Source: Macrostomum hystrix (lineage: Eukaryota > Animalia > Platyhelminthes). From it: 64,000 nucleotides of DNA. Below the pieces are notes generated by a model, which was not told the DNA's origin, searched no databases, and saw only the letters and a list, made by a program, of their open reading frames with translations. This document shows, in pieces, positions 1 through 13,379 of this stretch. Every line of letters starts with the position of its first letter. Position 1 is the first letter of the stretch. The stretch is from the NCBI GenBank assembly GCA_950097015.1, contig CATNEN010000038.1:33418001-33482000 (forward strand), written 5' to 3'. Position numbers and translations under genes: made by a program.

Positions 1-691
1 CAGTCAAGCGCATGCGCCTTACTTTCGCTTAATTTGTACGCGTGCGCGCTATCAAAAGCACAAAATATGCGCGCAAAACTCATCGCGTATATAACTCTAG
101 AATACGTGCATCGAGCGCGTGGATCTAAAGCTTCAAATACGAGTAAACCCCGTCACTTTTTGCCATCTTAAACGGCGCATATCGCACTGCAATTATTAAA
201 TGCTGAAATTTTCGCGTCAGTTTGAGTAAGTCAGTATTGTTCAAACCTCCTAGTTCGAAAATACGTTGCGTTCCTACGAATATACTTGCTCTCATTTCAT
301 TATTATTCTTACATGCCGATTCAGAAAAGAATTGAACTGAATTTTCGTTGGACTGTACTCAAATAATGGGCAACCCATCTAGCCTGGGTCGGCGGCTGGG
401 CGTTTTGACACTGTAGGAACTGCAAAGGGGCTCCGCTCCTTAGTCATTTTGTGCCCCTTCCGTTGTGAAAGTTATTCTTTGAACTTTAAGTCTTATAATC
501 TTTAACAAATTATATTATCTTTTATTGTCCTTCTCCCCCCATTGCGACTTCGTATTGTTATTTTGTTCTAATTTTTAATTGTTTGATAGTTTTAGTTATG
601 ATGTTGTTTTCTTCCTTTTACGATAAATTTGTGTGCGCTCGACATATTGGGCAACAGAAATAATAACTGATGACCAACTGACACCACAGCC

Positions 692-863
692 CAGTGGCGT
701 AGCTGGGGAATACAGGGTTATATCCCCCCAAGAGGCAGAAAAATTGTGGGAGAGTTGAAAGAGGGGCGGGAGTATTACCATTAAAAACTGTCTATTTTTT
801 TGTTTATTTTTTAACTTTTTTTCATTTACCCCCCCCCATATAAAATTCCTAGCTACGCCACTG
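692..863. mobile_element. hAT-like MITE
   Basis: Terminal inverted repeats CAGTGGCGTAGCT...AGCTACGCCACTG. Flanking 8-mers CCACAGCC/CGGCAGCC match 6/8, consistent with a decayed 8-bp TSD. A related single end (GGTTGCGCCACTG) lies at ~5566-5578. Confidence 0.7.
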
Positions 864-3800
864 CGGCAGCCACTTGACTTTCCCTTTTTACCTTTTGTTT
901 CCATTTTGCTTCACCGTTTGGCTTCCACGTTTTTCTTAATTGCGAGTTTTATATTTTGGTGATGGTGAAATGTTATAGCTTACAGGACGAATTTCCCTTA
1001 GTGAATATTAATATCCCCTGAACCATAAATATCTCTGCCAACGGATTCTAATGAACCGAAAAATTCCCCTTTCCTGAAATTATCAACTTTGAATTTATCC
1101 TGACTGCTGACGTATCGCTTTTTGAGTAATTAGTAGGCGAGAAGATTAGTAGGCGAGGTAGTTGTCTGTTGCTTAAATAGTCGATTATAATAAAGGAAGT
1201 ATACATCAATCTCCACCATCAAAATCAAAGCATCGATTTATTCATTTTTTCGCTTTCTTTGTTTTAATAATAATAACTTTTAATAATAAATTTGTTATAA
1301 ATATCTGCAGGTACAAGTTCTATTCGTAATTAATTTAATAATTCAAGTAATTATGTGATGCTGTCTCTCTAATTTAATGTTGTTTTAATATGCTAGTTAA
1401 AATTATGGGCATTGTTTTCGTGAGCTATATTTTTAAGGGATATTTCTTCGGTTTTCCATTAATATTTATAATAGTTTTGTTTTAGTGTGCTACATAGTCG
1501 TAGTTCGTATTCAAATGTGCTAATTAGGCCTTTCCAGGAAGGCTCCCTCTCCCTGTTCTACGACTGAGTGCTGCCCGCCGGTTGTTATTTTATCAGTGGC
1601 TAATTTGAATTGTAGCTGTAGCTGTGTTTTATGTGAAATCCATTGAGTAGCTCTGTAACCCATCTAAGATATAGACAGCATTCGCCGTAAAGACGATTTC
1701 TTAATTCGAAGGCCCAATTTATTGCATGAGAGTGCTTTCCGCTACAAGGTTTTGTAACTATTGATAATTTTTACCTTACTAATAAAATAAACCGAAACTG
1801 CTACGCCTATTCGTTAAAACCGAAACTTCGTCATAATTAATTATGTTCCTGGTGGCAGCAACTAGTACCCTTTCGTATTGTTGTATTATTAGAAGAGTAG
1901 GCCAATATTAAATCAATTTTAGCGTGAATTTAACTGGCAGTAGATTTTCATTTGTTTATTTTATAAAGATATGGAGCTATAGGGCCTAGAACATCCCTAT
2001 ACTAAAATTCAAAACTATCTATATAATATATACTGCTATAAATTTACAAAAACTAAGCAATAGCTTAAGGTTCAATGATTTTTTATAATGCTTTGACTGT
2101 CATTTTTTATAAAAAAATTTAAGGTTATAGGAAATACTTTCGTTGCTTTTTTAAACACATAAGCTAAAAACTTTTGTGTTCAACTGTACCCCACGCCTGA
2201 GGGGTGGTCTAAACTGTCATACGAGTACGAGTACAGAGTGGGGTACAGATCAAATCGTCATATTCTAAAACATCATGTGATGATAATGATTTGCACAAAA
2301 GTATCACATTATTCAATTCAATATGACAATCTTGACTATTTGTATCGTCAAATATTTGCAGATCTCATGCTCCTGTTTCAATTAAAGTCTAACAATGACC
2401 TATCTGTGTGCCTGTATATAAACAATGCAATAGAAGGGCACATTTGAGTTACATGTACATAACTACATGCTAAACTAAATTCAGTGCACATGACATGTTA
2501 TGTAATGTGCTATGTACTTTGAGTGGCTCAATGACATAATTTTGTAGAGCCAAGTGAGACCAGGCCAAAAATGTATGCTTTGCTTTGCTTATGCTTTCAA
2601 CAAAGCTGTTTGTGGAGCCAATAAAATAACAATATGATGATTTTGTGAATGTCACATTGTCCAATGCTGACAATATGAAGATTTAAATAATGTTGTTATT
2701 TTTTACAATCCGCATGACAATTTTGGCCAGAGCTGCCTGAGTGTACACCTATAAACTACATACAATAAAATACACTATGTGCATGTCAAAATTGATTGTG
2801 CAGTACAAAGTGTATAACAGAAAATTCTGGTGTGCACAACACCTTACTATGGTCTAAGAAAACAGTTCAAGAAGCCCCTAATTTACTATCTAAATTTAAG
2901 TCTAAAAAAAACAAAAAAAGTTTTCTGATATCAAGCCCTAACCTATCCTCAGATTTGTTATTCTATATCCCTAATCAGTATTTACATATTTACATATTTA
3001 TTCATCTCAAAGTGGTAATTATAAATAAATAATCCACTTTTTAACAACTAGTTTGAAGTTGAATAACAACTGCTTCAGCCATATGAATAATGACTGTTAA
3101 GATGATATCATTAAATATCTTTGTTGTTCTTAGACTTAAAGAAATATATGTAAACCAAATAAAAAAACTATATTTTATAGTTATACACAATAAATACTGT
3201 TAACTGCTTTGTGCCTTCATTTTAAAAGGACTGCAGCAGTGCAGCTATCAAATTATGCTTATCTTTTCATTCTGTCCCAATCTAAACTTTATATATGCAT
3301 TTATGTGTTTTATGTAATTCAGTTCTCAACCAGCAGTTCCCTGTAACCAATAGGCAGTTATTAGCCAATAGTGGAGTTCATGCTTATGACAAAGCCTAGA
3401 ATGCTCACCTGCCCCATCGACCACCCCCACCCCCATTAACTACCACTAAGTTCTGTTAGGTGAGCCTCACACAGCAAGCAACTTTAAGCCTAAAAGCCTA
3501 AATGTTCCTAAATTTTTAAGAAATTTTTTTAATGCTTTATATTTCAGTCTACTAAAACACTAATTCAACTCTCTAATAAATCCATATAGTAGAACTGTAC
3601 ATTAAATAGTTTACATTACATATTTTCAAATCATAAAGGTCTGACATGAAGCCATACACATTTTGATGGTGTATTTTAAGCATCACACTCTAACAAAATT
3701 AAATTTCATACCTATTAAATTTTATTACCCAAGATTTCAACATGCAACAACAGATTTCAACAGCTTTACAAGTTTCCTAAATTTTCCTAATGTTGAAAAA

Positions 3801-6267
3801 GTTTTCAAACTTCCCAGTTTTGGAAAACCAAGTCTGAAATTTTATTCCATTCACAACACTGCAGTGGGGAATTATTATTTCTCATTGCAGGCATTAAAAA
3901 TATTTACCTTACTTTTTAAGAAAGTTATTTTAAAGCTTTATATTCCAGTATACTAAAAGTAGTATAAATCTTGTTACTTTTCATTTCAGTGTCTCCTTGA
4001 ACATTAACAGCATGGGCAAAAGGTAAATATGGGATTAAAATATAACTTCATTTTACTAGTTATTACAATTATCTAGAGTTAATTTCTTAATTTTTTTTCC
4101 TTCCCAATGTATTTATTTCCAGTTTACATACTATTAATTATATTTGCAGCCTCACCACAAGTTATAGCTTAAGAACATTTGCTCTGATAGCCATTTGATC
4201 TTTGATCTTCTCCATTCTACGCCACCATGTGTTTCTGATTTCCCACAGTAATCTATTTTTCCCTACAGAAGCGTTCACAGTGGGTCTTTGTTGTCTTCGG
4301 ACAGTACTATCAACACCTGGAAGCCACATCGTAGTCGACCTCGCTATCGGAAGCTGCCAAGCCGTCGAGCGGTGCCTACAGGCCTGCGCGCCTTCTACGA
4401 TGCTGCCGGCCATCCGCTATCCAAGAAATTAGTCGAGAGCTGGGCATTCCAGCCAGTGTTAATGCTGCACCGTGTCAGCTTTGTCAGCGACTCCCGGTTC
4501 ACTGCCAAGCCTATGACAGAGGCATCTAGAAATCCTTCCACAATCATTAGCGGTGATGCGGTCGACAGCCAGAAGTCTGGTAGCTGGTGCTCTGTTATGT
4601 GAGCTCTTTGGCCATGTAGGTAAAATGGTCTGTAATAATTATGTTAATTACCTTCGCAAAAAAATCCGCATTTGTGTACTTAGTTTATGCTCAATCGCTT
4701 TTTTATATATTTTTGTAGTTCAGTCGCCATCTTTACTTAATCGTAGTTTCTAAGTAAAACTGTATCTTTAAAAAAACGGGCAGCTGTATACTTTTAAGTT
4801 TTGTGTCTAACAAACATGTTAATTTGACTTAATTCACTTTTAAGGTGCGATCTAATCATTTGTTTCGATATTCAGCTTTTTTTCCCTATATTCTAAGCTC
4901 CTAGTTAAAATCTGCGCATTGATTTTAATTGATACGAGAAAATACATAACTTGAATTAAATTTGCGACAAACAAACAAACAAACAGACTTATCTGTCGTC
5001 TTGTGAATTAATTTCTTAAATTCAACGTATTCAAGAATAAGAAACAGTGATAGTGACTAATGTACTATAGCTTTACAGAGGCATTGTCATTGCTGACAAG
5101 AAAGGATTTTCTTGTTGCAATCACTTGACGAGACAATGTTGCCATTTAACGCAATGATTTACGATGGGCGCATTTGTCCCTATTCGGGACAAATAGGGAC
5201 AAGTGTTAAGCCTGACGGGTGTTCTGGCAATCGTTGGGACTTGTATTTTTTAATACTTGTATAAACAGCGCGCTCTGTTTCGCGGTTTTCGCCCATCATT
5301 CCAGGGCCAATTTCAAGGGCCGGTAGGGTAGGGCCCAGACGATTTCAAAGGTTTAAAAAATCAGAACGCACGCACGATTATAATGAAAGCTTGAAAATTA
5401 ATATATGACCAATGGGTCTTGGACTTGGTCTTTGGTCTATGTACGTTGGACTTGGGGGACAGGGAATGAGATAAGGTAATAATTATTAAGAAGCGTCTTG
5501 GCTTGCGCTTTGCGTACATTGCCCCCGCGGGCCGAAGGGGGGCGGCCGCCACCCCCGCCCCCCCTGGTTGCGCCACTGCCTATCTTCCGTTTATTTCCGA
5601 TCGCACGATCTGAATTCCTAACAGCTTGCGTGCATCAAGCGCATGTTTGGCATTTAACTTGATTCATTAAAGGAATAAATAAATTGCTCATTTATTATTC
5701 CGTGGCTACTAGACCACGATAAGGATGTAAAGGTTTTTCATATAGTAGCTCATATATATTTTAGTCCGCGCACTAAACTGAAAAGCCACAGTTCTGCCAA
5801 CAGCAACCTGTGCCCGAGCGTACCTGTACTTATGAACTCTTTGTGAGGCCTGAAGAAGCCATGTAACTGGTTTCCGTGTGACAACGAGCAGCATAATATA
5901 AAAGAAAAAGCTAAATGAAATGTTGTCATACTAAAGCAGTGACGTAAATACAGTTTGTGCGCTTTAAAAAAAGTTTGAGTTAATAATGCGAAATTCTGGT
6001 TTATACGAGTATTTTGCGACAAAACAGATACAATTTCTGCTCAGTGGATTATACGAGTTTAGCCAACTCTTGCCTTGAGGGCTGGGGAATCTGATTATCA
6101 GCTGTAGTCTAAAGTACACGCCACCTACAAGGTGCATCAGTCGAAACTGTAAATTAAAAATTGCTTTCTGCTTCTTACAACCAAGCTCTGACATTGCTTG
6201 TACTCGAGACGTTAACGATATTTGGTTTTACCTACTGATTATAGCCTATCGATTATAGCTTGTTGCG

Positions 6268-9200
6268 CTAAGCGACTGTCTCCTTGCAGAGAATCTGGCG
6301 TCTGCTCATCAACTGGCCGTTTCCTCCGCCACCCATCGATGCTCCTTCGTCAGAAACATCGTCGAGTCGGCCGCCGTCTAGTTCGCCGCCGAATCTCAGC
6401 TTGCCACCGCCGTCGCCAGGTCCAAATCCGTTGTTGCTATCCAGCCGCTTCTTCGACGAGGCGTAACAGTTAAGCGAGAAGCGTAACTCATTCGACATCT
6501 CTGTGCACAACGACAAGCTCCCGGCCTCCGCGTGTTTGCGCGAGTTCCAAACGAATTCAACGACAGCGACCACGACCGCTAGCAGCAGGCCGCATACAAG
6601 CACCAAAAATATGCCGCCGACATTGTGCATGTCTAGCGCCGCCGCGGCCGACTCCTTCGGATCTTGGCCCCTGCAGGCGCCGGTCTCCTTCCACCACTTG
6701 TTCTTTAGTGTCTGCAGCTCCTGGTCGCGCTGAAGCTCCAGAATCTTCAGGGTGAGCTCGTCGCGAAGCTTCTCCCGATTTGGTCGAACTCCGATACCGT
6801 AGCCTTTACTGTCAATGAGACCACCTACCTGAACCAGCTTGCACTCGCGCTCCACGTGGTACTCGATCATTGCCGACTCCATCAGGAAGGCGTAACCGCC
6901 CTGTTTCACTCGCTCGATGCCCTCTTCGGTTGTCTTTGGTTTCAAATGCGGCCTCTCCTTCATGTAGTTGGCCATTGTTTTGTATGTGTCAATCTGCGAC
7001 GTGTCAAAGAAAGTCTCTGTTGAACCGCCCGCGAGGACGCCGTATTCTATGGCCGCCTGTTTTACCAAGTCGTCGGCGCTTTCTATTGGCGAGACCATGC
7101 GTTCAACGGTGAGGAAAGCTGCCAGGTTGGCCGTGTAGGAGCTGATAATGATTAGAGTAAAGAACCACCAGATAGAGCTAACTAGACGCGTGCTGGCAGC
7201 TCGCGGATTGACATCGGAGCCCTGCTGCATCAGGGTGGCTACTGTGAACCAGAATGAGTTCGACAGTGAGAAAGTGTTGACCAGATAGCCCGAGTGCTCT
7301 CTACACGGGTGCGGATTGAGCCACTCGTACGGCGAGAATCTCGCCAGCGCATAGATCATCAGCGTCACCACAATATAGGCAGCGAGTACGTACAGCCAGA
7401 TTTCAACTGCAAGTGGATTTAGAAAGCTGAACAAGCCTGGCTTTTCACTCTTTGGCTTCTTGAACAATATGCTTATGCCCAGGTTCATAAACGGCTTAGT
7501 AAAATCTATGACCTTCTCGCGCTCGTAGGTTATGGTAAAGGAGCCCAGCGCGATATCTGCCCGACCTTCAATCAGTTCGAGCATGATTCCATTCCACTCG
7601 CAAGGGCACTGGCTGCTGTCTCCGACGCATGGACCAACTGGGTCACAATTTCCATACTGACCATCCGGAGCTCTGTAAATAGTCCACTCTAAGCCAGTCC
7701 TGTTTGCGATCATTTCCATCATGTCGATGCAGAAGCCTTCTAAATGCTGCCTATGAAATGCTACATCAGGTTTTACTTTGTTTTTAGAGTCGAGGTAGCG
7801 TCCGCGGTACTCGCGCTTGATCCAGATGAATGGCTGCGTGGCCACAGCCACCACTCGCAGCACCTGGCTCTTCAGTGGAAACACGTTGCGCAGGTCGAAC
7901 GGCTCTCTCATGACATGCAGCCTGTTGTTAATCGAATGGCTCCAGTTGGCAAATACCTGCGGTCCATCGGTTTGCAGATGCAACAGCTCCAGACTTAGAT
8001 CGCTGCGGTCATTGCCATCGAACTGAAGCCGGCCAGTGAGTCCCGTGCTTAAATTCGCCATCCTCAAGTACTTTATTAAGCTAGCCCCGATACTTGCTGA
8101 AGGCTGCTGTTGCGATTCAATGGGTGATGTTAGCTGCGGCTGAGGTGTCTCAACGGATGTTCTGTGACAGTTGCTCTGCGGTGACAATTTTAATTGCCGG
8201 TTGCTGCTGAAGACGGTCAGTGCGCTGGCCAGCAGTTGCACCGCGTCATACACGAGCGCCGGGCCGAGACCTAAGTGACCGCTCCGTGTCAGGATGTCGT
8301 AAGAGTCGTGGTCCACCCGCTGGTTCCGCTCTGTCCAGGCGCGCATCGTGTTCAGCACCGCCGAATAATGAGTCCTGTTAGCAGGCAGAACTCGCATCAG
8401 CGTCACATTGGCCCCATTCTGTCCATAGTCATTTAATGGCAGTGTGCTTGCGTCTAAGTTAGCGAGGATATAATGAAACTCTCGATTCATCAGACCTTTG
8501 TTTGTGGCCGCTCGTAAAAAGTGGGCGGTTGATGTCAGGCTGAGGTCCACGATGATCTTGGTCCAGCCGGCGGCGCCGACCTCTTTGAGCAACGAATAAA
8601 CATCCTCGGGAATGTAGCGCTTGATGCGAAAATAGAGCGCTTTCGTGTCGCGTCGATTGCTGAAAACATTCTCCAGTCTAAATAAGCTTTCCTCATTCTC
8701 GTACACAATGAGCACTTCCTGCCAGCGGAAGTAGTCTACGACATCGATGAGGCAGCGACTGATGAGGTCCACCGATGGGTAGAGATTTAGAGTGAATTCT
8801 CCAGCCGTTGTGAGCACCGGCTGCAGTTGAAGCTGAAGCGTTCGGGTCAGCGAAGAGACGGAAACTGATAGGGGACCGGGCGATCCGGACAAATAATCCG
8901 GCCCGATTATGGCCACCGCGCCCTCCTTTAGCATTTCGCAGACAATCTGGCTCGTCTGGAACACGTCGACGTCTGAAAGCAATCTTACATTCGATTCCAG
9001 CTCATGCAGGCAGAAGATGCTGCTCAGGTTGGCGGTGTTCAGTGCAAACTCTTCTCCTAGTTGACCCGTCATGCGCTGCCTGACGTCTGTCAGAGCAAAA
9101 TGAAAGGCGTTCCTTTTTAGCAGGCCATCTATCGAATAGTTAAACAACGCCCCGATGCCGATGCGTGTCTTGTTCCGCTGAGGACACTCCGTCACTGTCG

Positions 9201-9306
9201 CAGTCGCTGGAATTGGCTGCAGTGCGACAACTAGAACGAGCACTAACGCCGACAAAACTAACAGAGATCTGCTTTCTGAATACTTCTGTTGCATGGCTTC
9301 CTTCAT
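6268..9306 (-). CDS. Ionotropic glutamate receptor, non-NMDA, kainate-like; single exon, 1012 aa
   Basis: Signal peptide and long ATD; S1 'FTITYEREKVIDFTKPFM'; M2 'FTVATLMQQGSD' (Q at the Q/R site); M3 'SYTANLAAFLT'; S2 'GGST' and 'FLMES'; M4; C-terminal KETVA, like the GluK1 PDZ-binding tail. Confidence 0.97.
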   Translation of the reverse strand: MKEAMQQKYSESRSLLVLSALVLVLVVALQPIPATATVTECPQRNKTRIGIGALFNYSIDGLLKRNAFHFALTDVRQRMTGQLGEEFALNTANLSSIFCLHELESNVRLLSDVDVFQTSQIVCEMLKEGAVAIIGPDYLSGSPGPLSVSVSSLTRTLQLQLQPVLTTAGEFTLNLYPSVDLISRCLIDVVDYFRWQEVLIVYENEESLFRLENVFSNRRDTKALYFRIKRYIPEDVYSLLKEVGAAGWTKIIVDLSLTSTAHFLRAATNKGLMNREFHYILANLDASTLPLNDYGQNGANVTLMRVLPANRTHYSAVLNTMRAWTERNQRVDHDSYDILTRSGHLGLGPALVYDAVQLLASALTVFSSNRQLKLSPQSNCHRTSVETPQPQLTSPIESQQQPSASIGASLIKYLRMANLSTGLTGRLQFDGNDRSDLSLELLHLQTDGPQVFANWSHSINNRLHVMREPFDLRNVFPLKSQVLRVVAVATQPFIWIKREYRGRYLDSKNKVKPDVAFHRQHLEGFCIDMMEMIANRTGLEWTIYRAPDGQYGNCDPVGPCVGDSSQCPCEWNGIMLELIEGRADIALGSFTITYEREKVIDFTKPFMNLGISILFKKPKSEKPGLFSFLNPLAVEIWLYVLAAYIVVTLMIYALARFSPYEWLNPHPCREHSGYLVNTFSLSNSFWFTVATLMQQGSDVNPRAASTRLVSSIWWFFTLIIISSYTANLAAFLTVERMVSPIESADDLVKQAAIEYGVLAGGSTETFFDTSQIDTYKTMANYMKERPHLKPKTTEEGIERVKQGGYAFLMESAMIEYHVERECKLVQVGGLIDSKGYGIGVRPNREKLRDELTLKILELQRDQELQTLKNKWWKETGACRGQDPKESAAAALDMHNVGGIFLVLVCGLLLAVVVAVVEFVWNSRKHAEAGSLSLCTEMSNELRFSLNCYASSKKRLDSNNGFGPGDGGGKLRFGGELDGGRLDDVSDEGASMGGGGNGQLMSRRQILCKETVA

Positions 9307-10608
9307 TTCCCTTCTGTGACGTTACCCGCGAACTGTCATGACTTGAGCAGCTCCAATCAAAGCAGCTAGATTGCAATGACAGCGTCCGACAATTGATAGC
9401 AATGGAATGCTAAGCTCCGTGTCTCCTCAATGTCCCCTGCTGTCTCTGCGATATTGGGAAATGTTAAACTACACTGCTTCAGCCGACCTTCGTTTCTATA
9501 TATAAAGCGTTTAGGTCGCCTGTGGGCACGTAGATTGGACCTCGGCTCTGCTTAGGGAATGAAAAATATAATTTCCCTCATTTTGCCGTCAACTGGACTG
9601 GACTGAGGCTCTTCTCCCCTCCGCCTTCCCTCCGAGCGCGCACGGCCAACCCGCGCACTGGCACAGCGAGTGACGGAGGGGCGAGGAACGAAGGGGAGTT
9701 AAAAAAGGGAACTAAAGGGGAGGGGGTTGCTAGAAGAAATAGGAAGAAATAAGCGTGAGGTTGGAGGTGCATGGAGCAGAAATATGGTTTAGTTGTCCGA
9801 CTCTACCCAGCTGGCTTCTCTCCTACGTCTTTTCCTTTCTTCCAAATCACCCATGGTGCTCTCCCCTTATATCACCCTGGCGGTAGTGTCAGCTGCGCTG
9901 CAGGAAAGTATGGGGTGGCCCGCGGACATGAAAGAGGGGGTTTTGTTCTGAAACTCTGCAACTGGGGGGATGGGGTGAGGGGCTGGTTGAGAAGGCAGCA
10001 ATAGGCTTTGACTGGGGATCAGTCCCAGTGGGGAAGAAGGATGCCAGGGCGGGTGTTAGAGCTGCTGCTGTATGCATTTCTGAGGTTGCTGCGTTATTCC
10101 GCATAAGCTAGAGACGATGTGAGGAGAGAAAGAAAATGGGGAATGATATGCGCTTGGAAACAAGAGAGCAAGAAGGGAACAGACCGGGGAACCCCCGTTT
10201 GCTCCTCTGTGAGCTGCTGCAACGAGAACTAGAGGAGCCTGAGAGTGCGGCCGGCGGATAGGCAGACAGTGAGCTCAGTCTGGACGCGACGCGAAGTTTT
10301 CAGACACGCCTGGCCGACCGCCGCGGCTTCGTGAGAAATCTCGGCTGGTTTTCAAGAGAGCGCACGAATGCAGATGCAGATGCGAGCTTAGGGCAGGGCT
10401 GCGATTTCATTTTGTCGCGTATCCCCTTACTCCCCATTCCCCCAAACATTCCCCAATGCATGTTGGGGCTAGAGAAACTCTGAATTGCATCGGTTTGTAG
10501 AGCAGAGCGGGGGTTATAGCAATACGTGTAGCTGCTGAGTCTGAAGCACAACTAATTCTACGCTAAAGTGCCAACGTGTCTTCTTTGCTCGGAGAAAGCC
10601 AAGAACAA

Positions 10609-10890
10609 CCGCAGCCATTGCGCGGCGCATCTAAAGGCTGAGTACAGCAGTTCAGTCCATGGACTGGAGGGACGCCACACTAACCCCTAGCTAGCTAATG
10701 CTGGTAACCATTTCACAGCTGAGTGAACTGAAGCAATGCAGAGTTAAGTTGCAGCGTTAAGTGTCTGAACTGTCAGAGTTCAAAGTGTCAGAGTTAAGTG
10801 TAAGTGCAGAGTTAAGCGAAAAAGGACACAAATTGTTCTAGTGGACTCGGGAATCGAACCCCCGACTTTCAAGTCGTGAGTCTGACGCTC
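10609..10890 (-). mobile_element. tRNA-derived SINE family A
   Basis: Reverse-complement B box (GGAATCGAACC) and shared body (CAGCTGAGTGAACTGAAGCAATGCAGAGTTAAG) matching the copies at 24467 and 46215. Confidence 0.8.
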
Positions 10891-11577
10891 GTCCACAAAC
10901 CCTCGTCTTTATTGTCTAAGCAAAGTGAGATTTTACACTGCCTCATTCCACAATGGGTCTATTTCACCAAATATGCATCAGGACTGTCATTTTAAGAGAT
11001 TCGAATTAAACAAAATTATAATTGGAGGCTTAAACATTTGAATGCTGCTGCTGTTGCTGTTGCTTGAAATTTGCGCGGAACGGAAAAAAGTGGAACCTCC
11101 ATTAACGTCAGATAGTTCTTGCACCCAACCGTTCACAGGCAAGCTCTATGTATAAAATATGCATGGCCCAATTCCACGACACGCGCAGTGTCTAATGTGA
11201 TACAGCACGGCGCGAGTGTTCCCTGTGTACGACCACCAGCGATAAATTATTTGCCTTTCGCGACAAAAAATTGGCGGACAAGGATGCCGGCTATTGCTGG
11301 ACTGGGCCTAATGATGCGGTAGCCATGCAGATCGTGTGCGGGGCTGAGCTAAGCATTTTAGTGATGACACTGGACTGCCAGGAACAGCAGCTGATGGGTG
11401 CAGTCAAAATAATATACTACAATTTTCAGTGCAGTTGTGTTTTCGACTTGTTTTGTCTTCAGGTTGACACGGCTGTGTTTTGAGGAAGTTGCGATTAAAA
11501 TAGAAAAAAATTGTACAAGTAAACTTACGCCCAAATTTTTACGAATGCAACTCTACTGAAATCTGCTTACATGCCTC

Positions 11578-12400
11578 TCTACTGACACACCACTCAGTAA
11601 CTGACACACCACTCAGTAACTGACACACCACTCAGTAACTGACACACCACTCAGTAACTGACACACCACTCAGTAACTGACACACCACTCTTCTGACACA
11701 CCACTCAGTGACTGACACACCACTCTTCTGACACACCACTCTACTGACACACCACTCAGTAACTGACACCACTCTTCTGACACAACACTCTTCTGACACA
11801 CCACTCAGTAACTGACACCACTCTTCTGACACACCACTCAGTAACTGACACACCACTCTTCTGACACACCACTCTACTGACACACCACTGTACTGACACA
11901 CCACTCAGTAACTGACACACCACTCTTCTGACACACCACTCTACTGACACACCACTGTACTGACACACCACTCAGTAACTGACACACCACTCTTCTGACA
12001 CACCACTCTACTGACACACCACTGTACTGACACACCACTCAGTAACTGACACACCACTCTTCTGACACACCACTCAGTAACTGACACACCACTCTTTTGA
12101 CACACCACTCAGTAACTGACACACCACTCAGTAACTGACACACCACTCTTCTGACACACCACTCTACTGACACACCACTCAGTAACTGACACCACTCTTC
12201 TGACACAACACTCTTCTGACACACCACTCAGTAACTGACACCACTCTTCTGACACACCACTCAGTAACTGACACACCACTCTTCTGACACACCACTCTAC
12301 TGACACACCACTCTACTGACACACCACTCTACTGACACACCACTCTACTGACACACCACTCTACTGAAACACTTTACTGACATGCCAATCACTCTACTGA
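11578..12400. repeat. Minisatellite with mixed 16-19 bp units, core CTGACACACCACTC
   Basis: Directly visible tandem units with AGTAA/TT/TA linkers. Confidence 0.95.
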
Positions 12401-12408
12401 CAAACCGC

Positions 12409-12861
12409 TCTGCTGATACACCGATCGATCTGCTGATACACCAATCGATCTGCTGATACACCAATCGATCTGCTGATACACCAATCGATCTGCTGATACA
12501 CCAATCGATCTGCTGATACACCGATCGATCTGCTGATACACCGATCGATCTGCTGATACACCAATCGATCTGTTGATACACCAATCGATCTGCTGATACA
12601 CCAATCGATCTGCTGATACACCAATCGATCTGCTGATACACCAATCGATCTGCTGATACACTAATCGATCTGCTGATACACCAATCGATCTGTTGATACA
12701 CCAATCGATCTGCTGATACACCCATCGATCTGCTGATACACCTATCGATCTGCTGATACACCGATCGATCTGCTGAAACACCAATCGATCTGCTGATACA
12801 CCAATCGATCTGCTGATACACCAATCGATCTGCTGATACACAAATCGATCTGCTGATACAC
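12409..12861. repeat. 20-bp minisatellite TGCTGATACACCAATCGATC
   Basis: About 22 near-perfect tandem units. Confidence 0.97.
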
Positions 12862-13379
12862 TATCCCTCAATCTTTCTGATTCCCCCTGTTCAAAACTGG
12901 TTTGCGTCCCTTGTAACAACCTACTCGACCAGCAAAACTTTCTCGACGAAATTCTTTCCGCGTTTGTTTAGCTGAATATTATGGCTAAAAAGTATGCTGA
13001 AGTGAACATTGTAACTGAAAACAACTTGACGACAAGGCTGGTAATCTTTTTTAGGAATCTAAGAATCCTTTTTAGCGTCCTTTTTTCTTTTCATTTTTCT
13101 TGTCAAAACAATTTTTATCTGCAACATCGGACTTCTGACTGAGTCGTTTTTTGTTAACAGTTTTAGCCTCGTTAACCCAGAAAGCTTCGATACTTTTCTA
13201 TCTAGAATTAACTTAGCAGCAAGTATGTACTTCTACTTTTACCTATCAGTAGTCATACACGCACATTAAGAATTTTCAAAGAAGTTAGGGCCAGTTCAGC
13301 CGCATTAAGAAGCCCAAAAGAGGCACTTCTCAATGTTTTGCTTAAGCACTGCTTAAAAACCCAGTTGAGTAGTCCTAAA

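Noticed and set aside
11632-12919. Repetitive Cys/Trp-rich ORFs (likewise 47168-47758 and 56745-56978)
   Set aside because: Translations of minisatellites; the 47 kb one is intronic.
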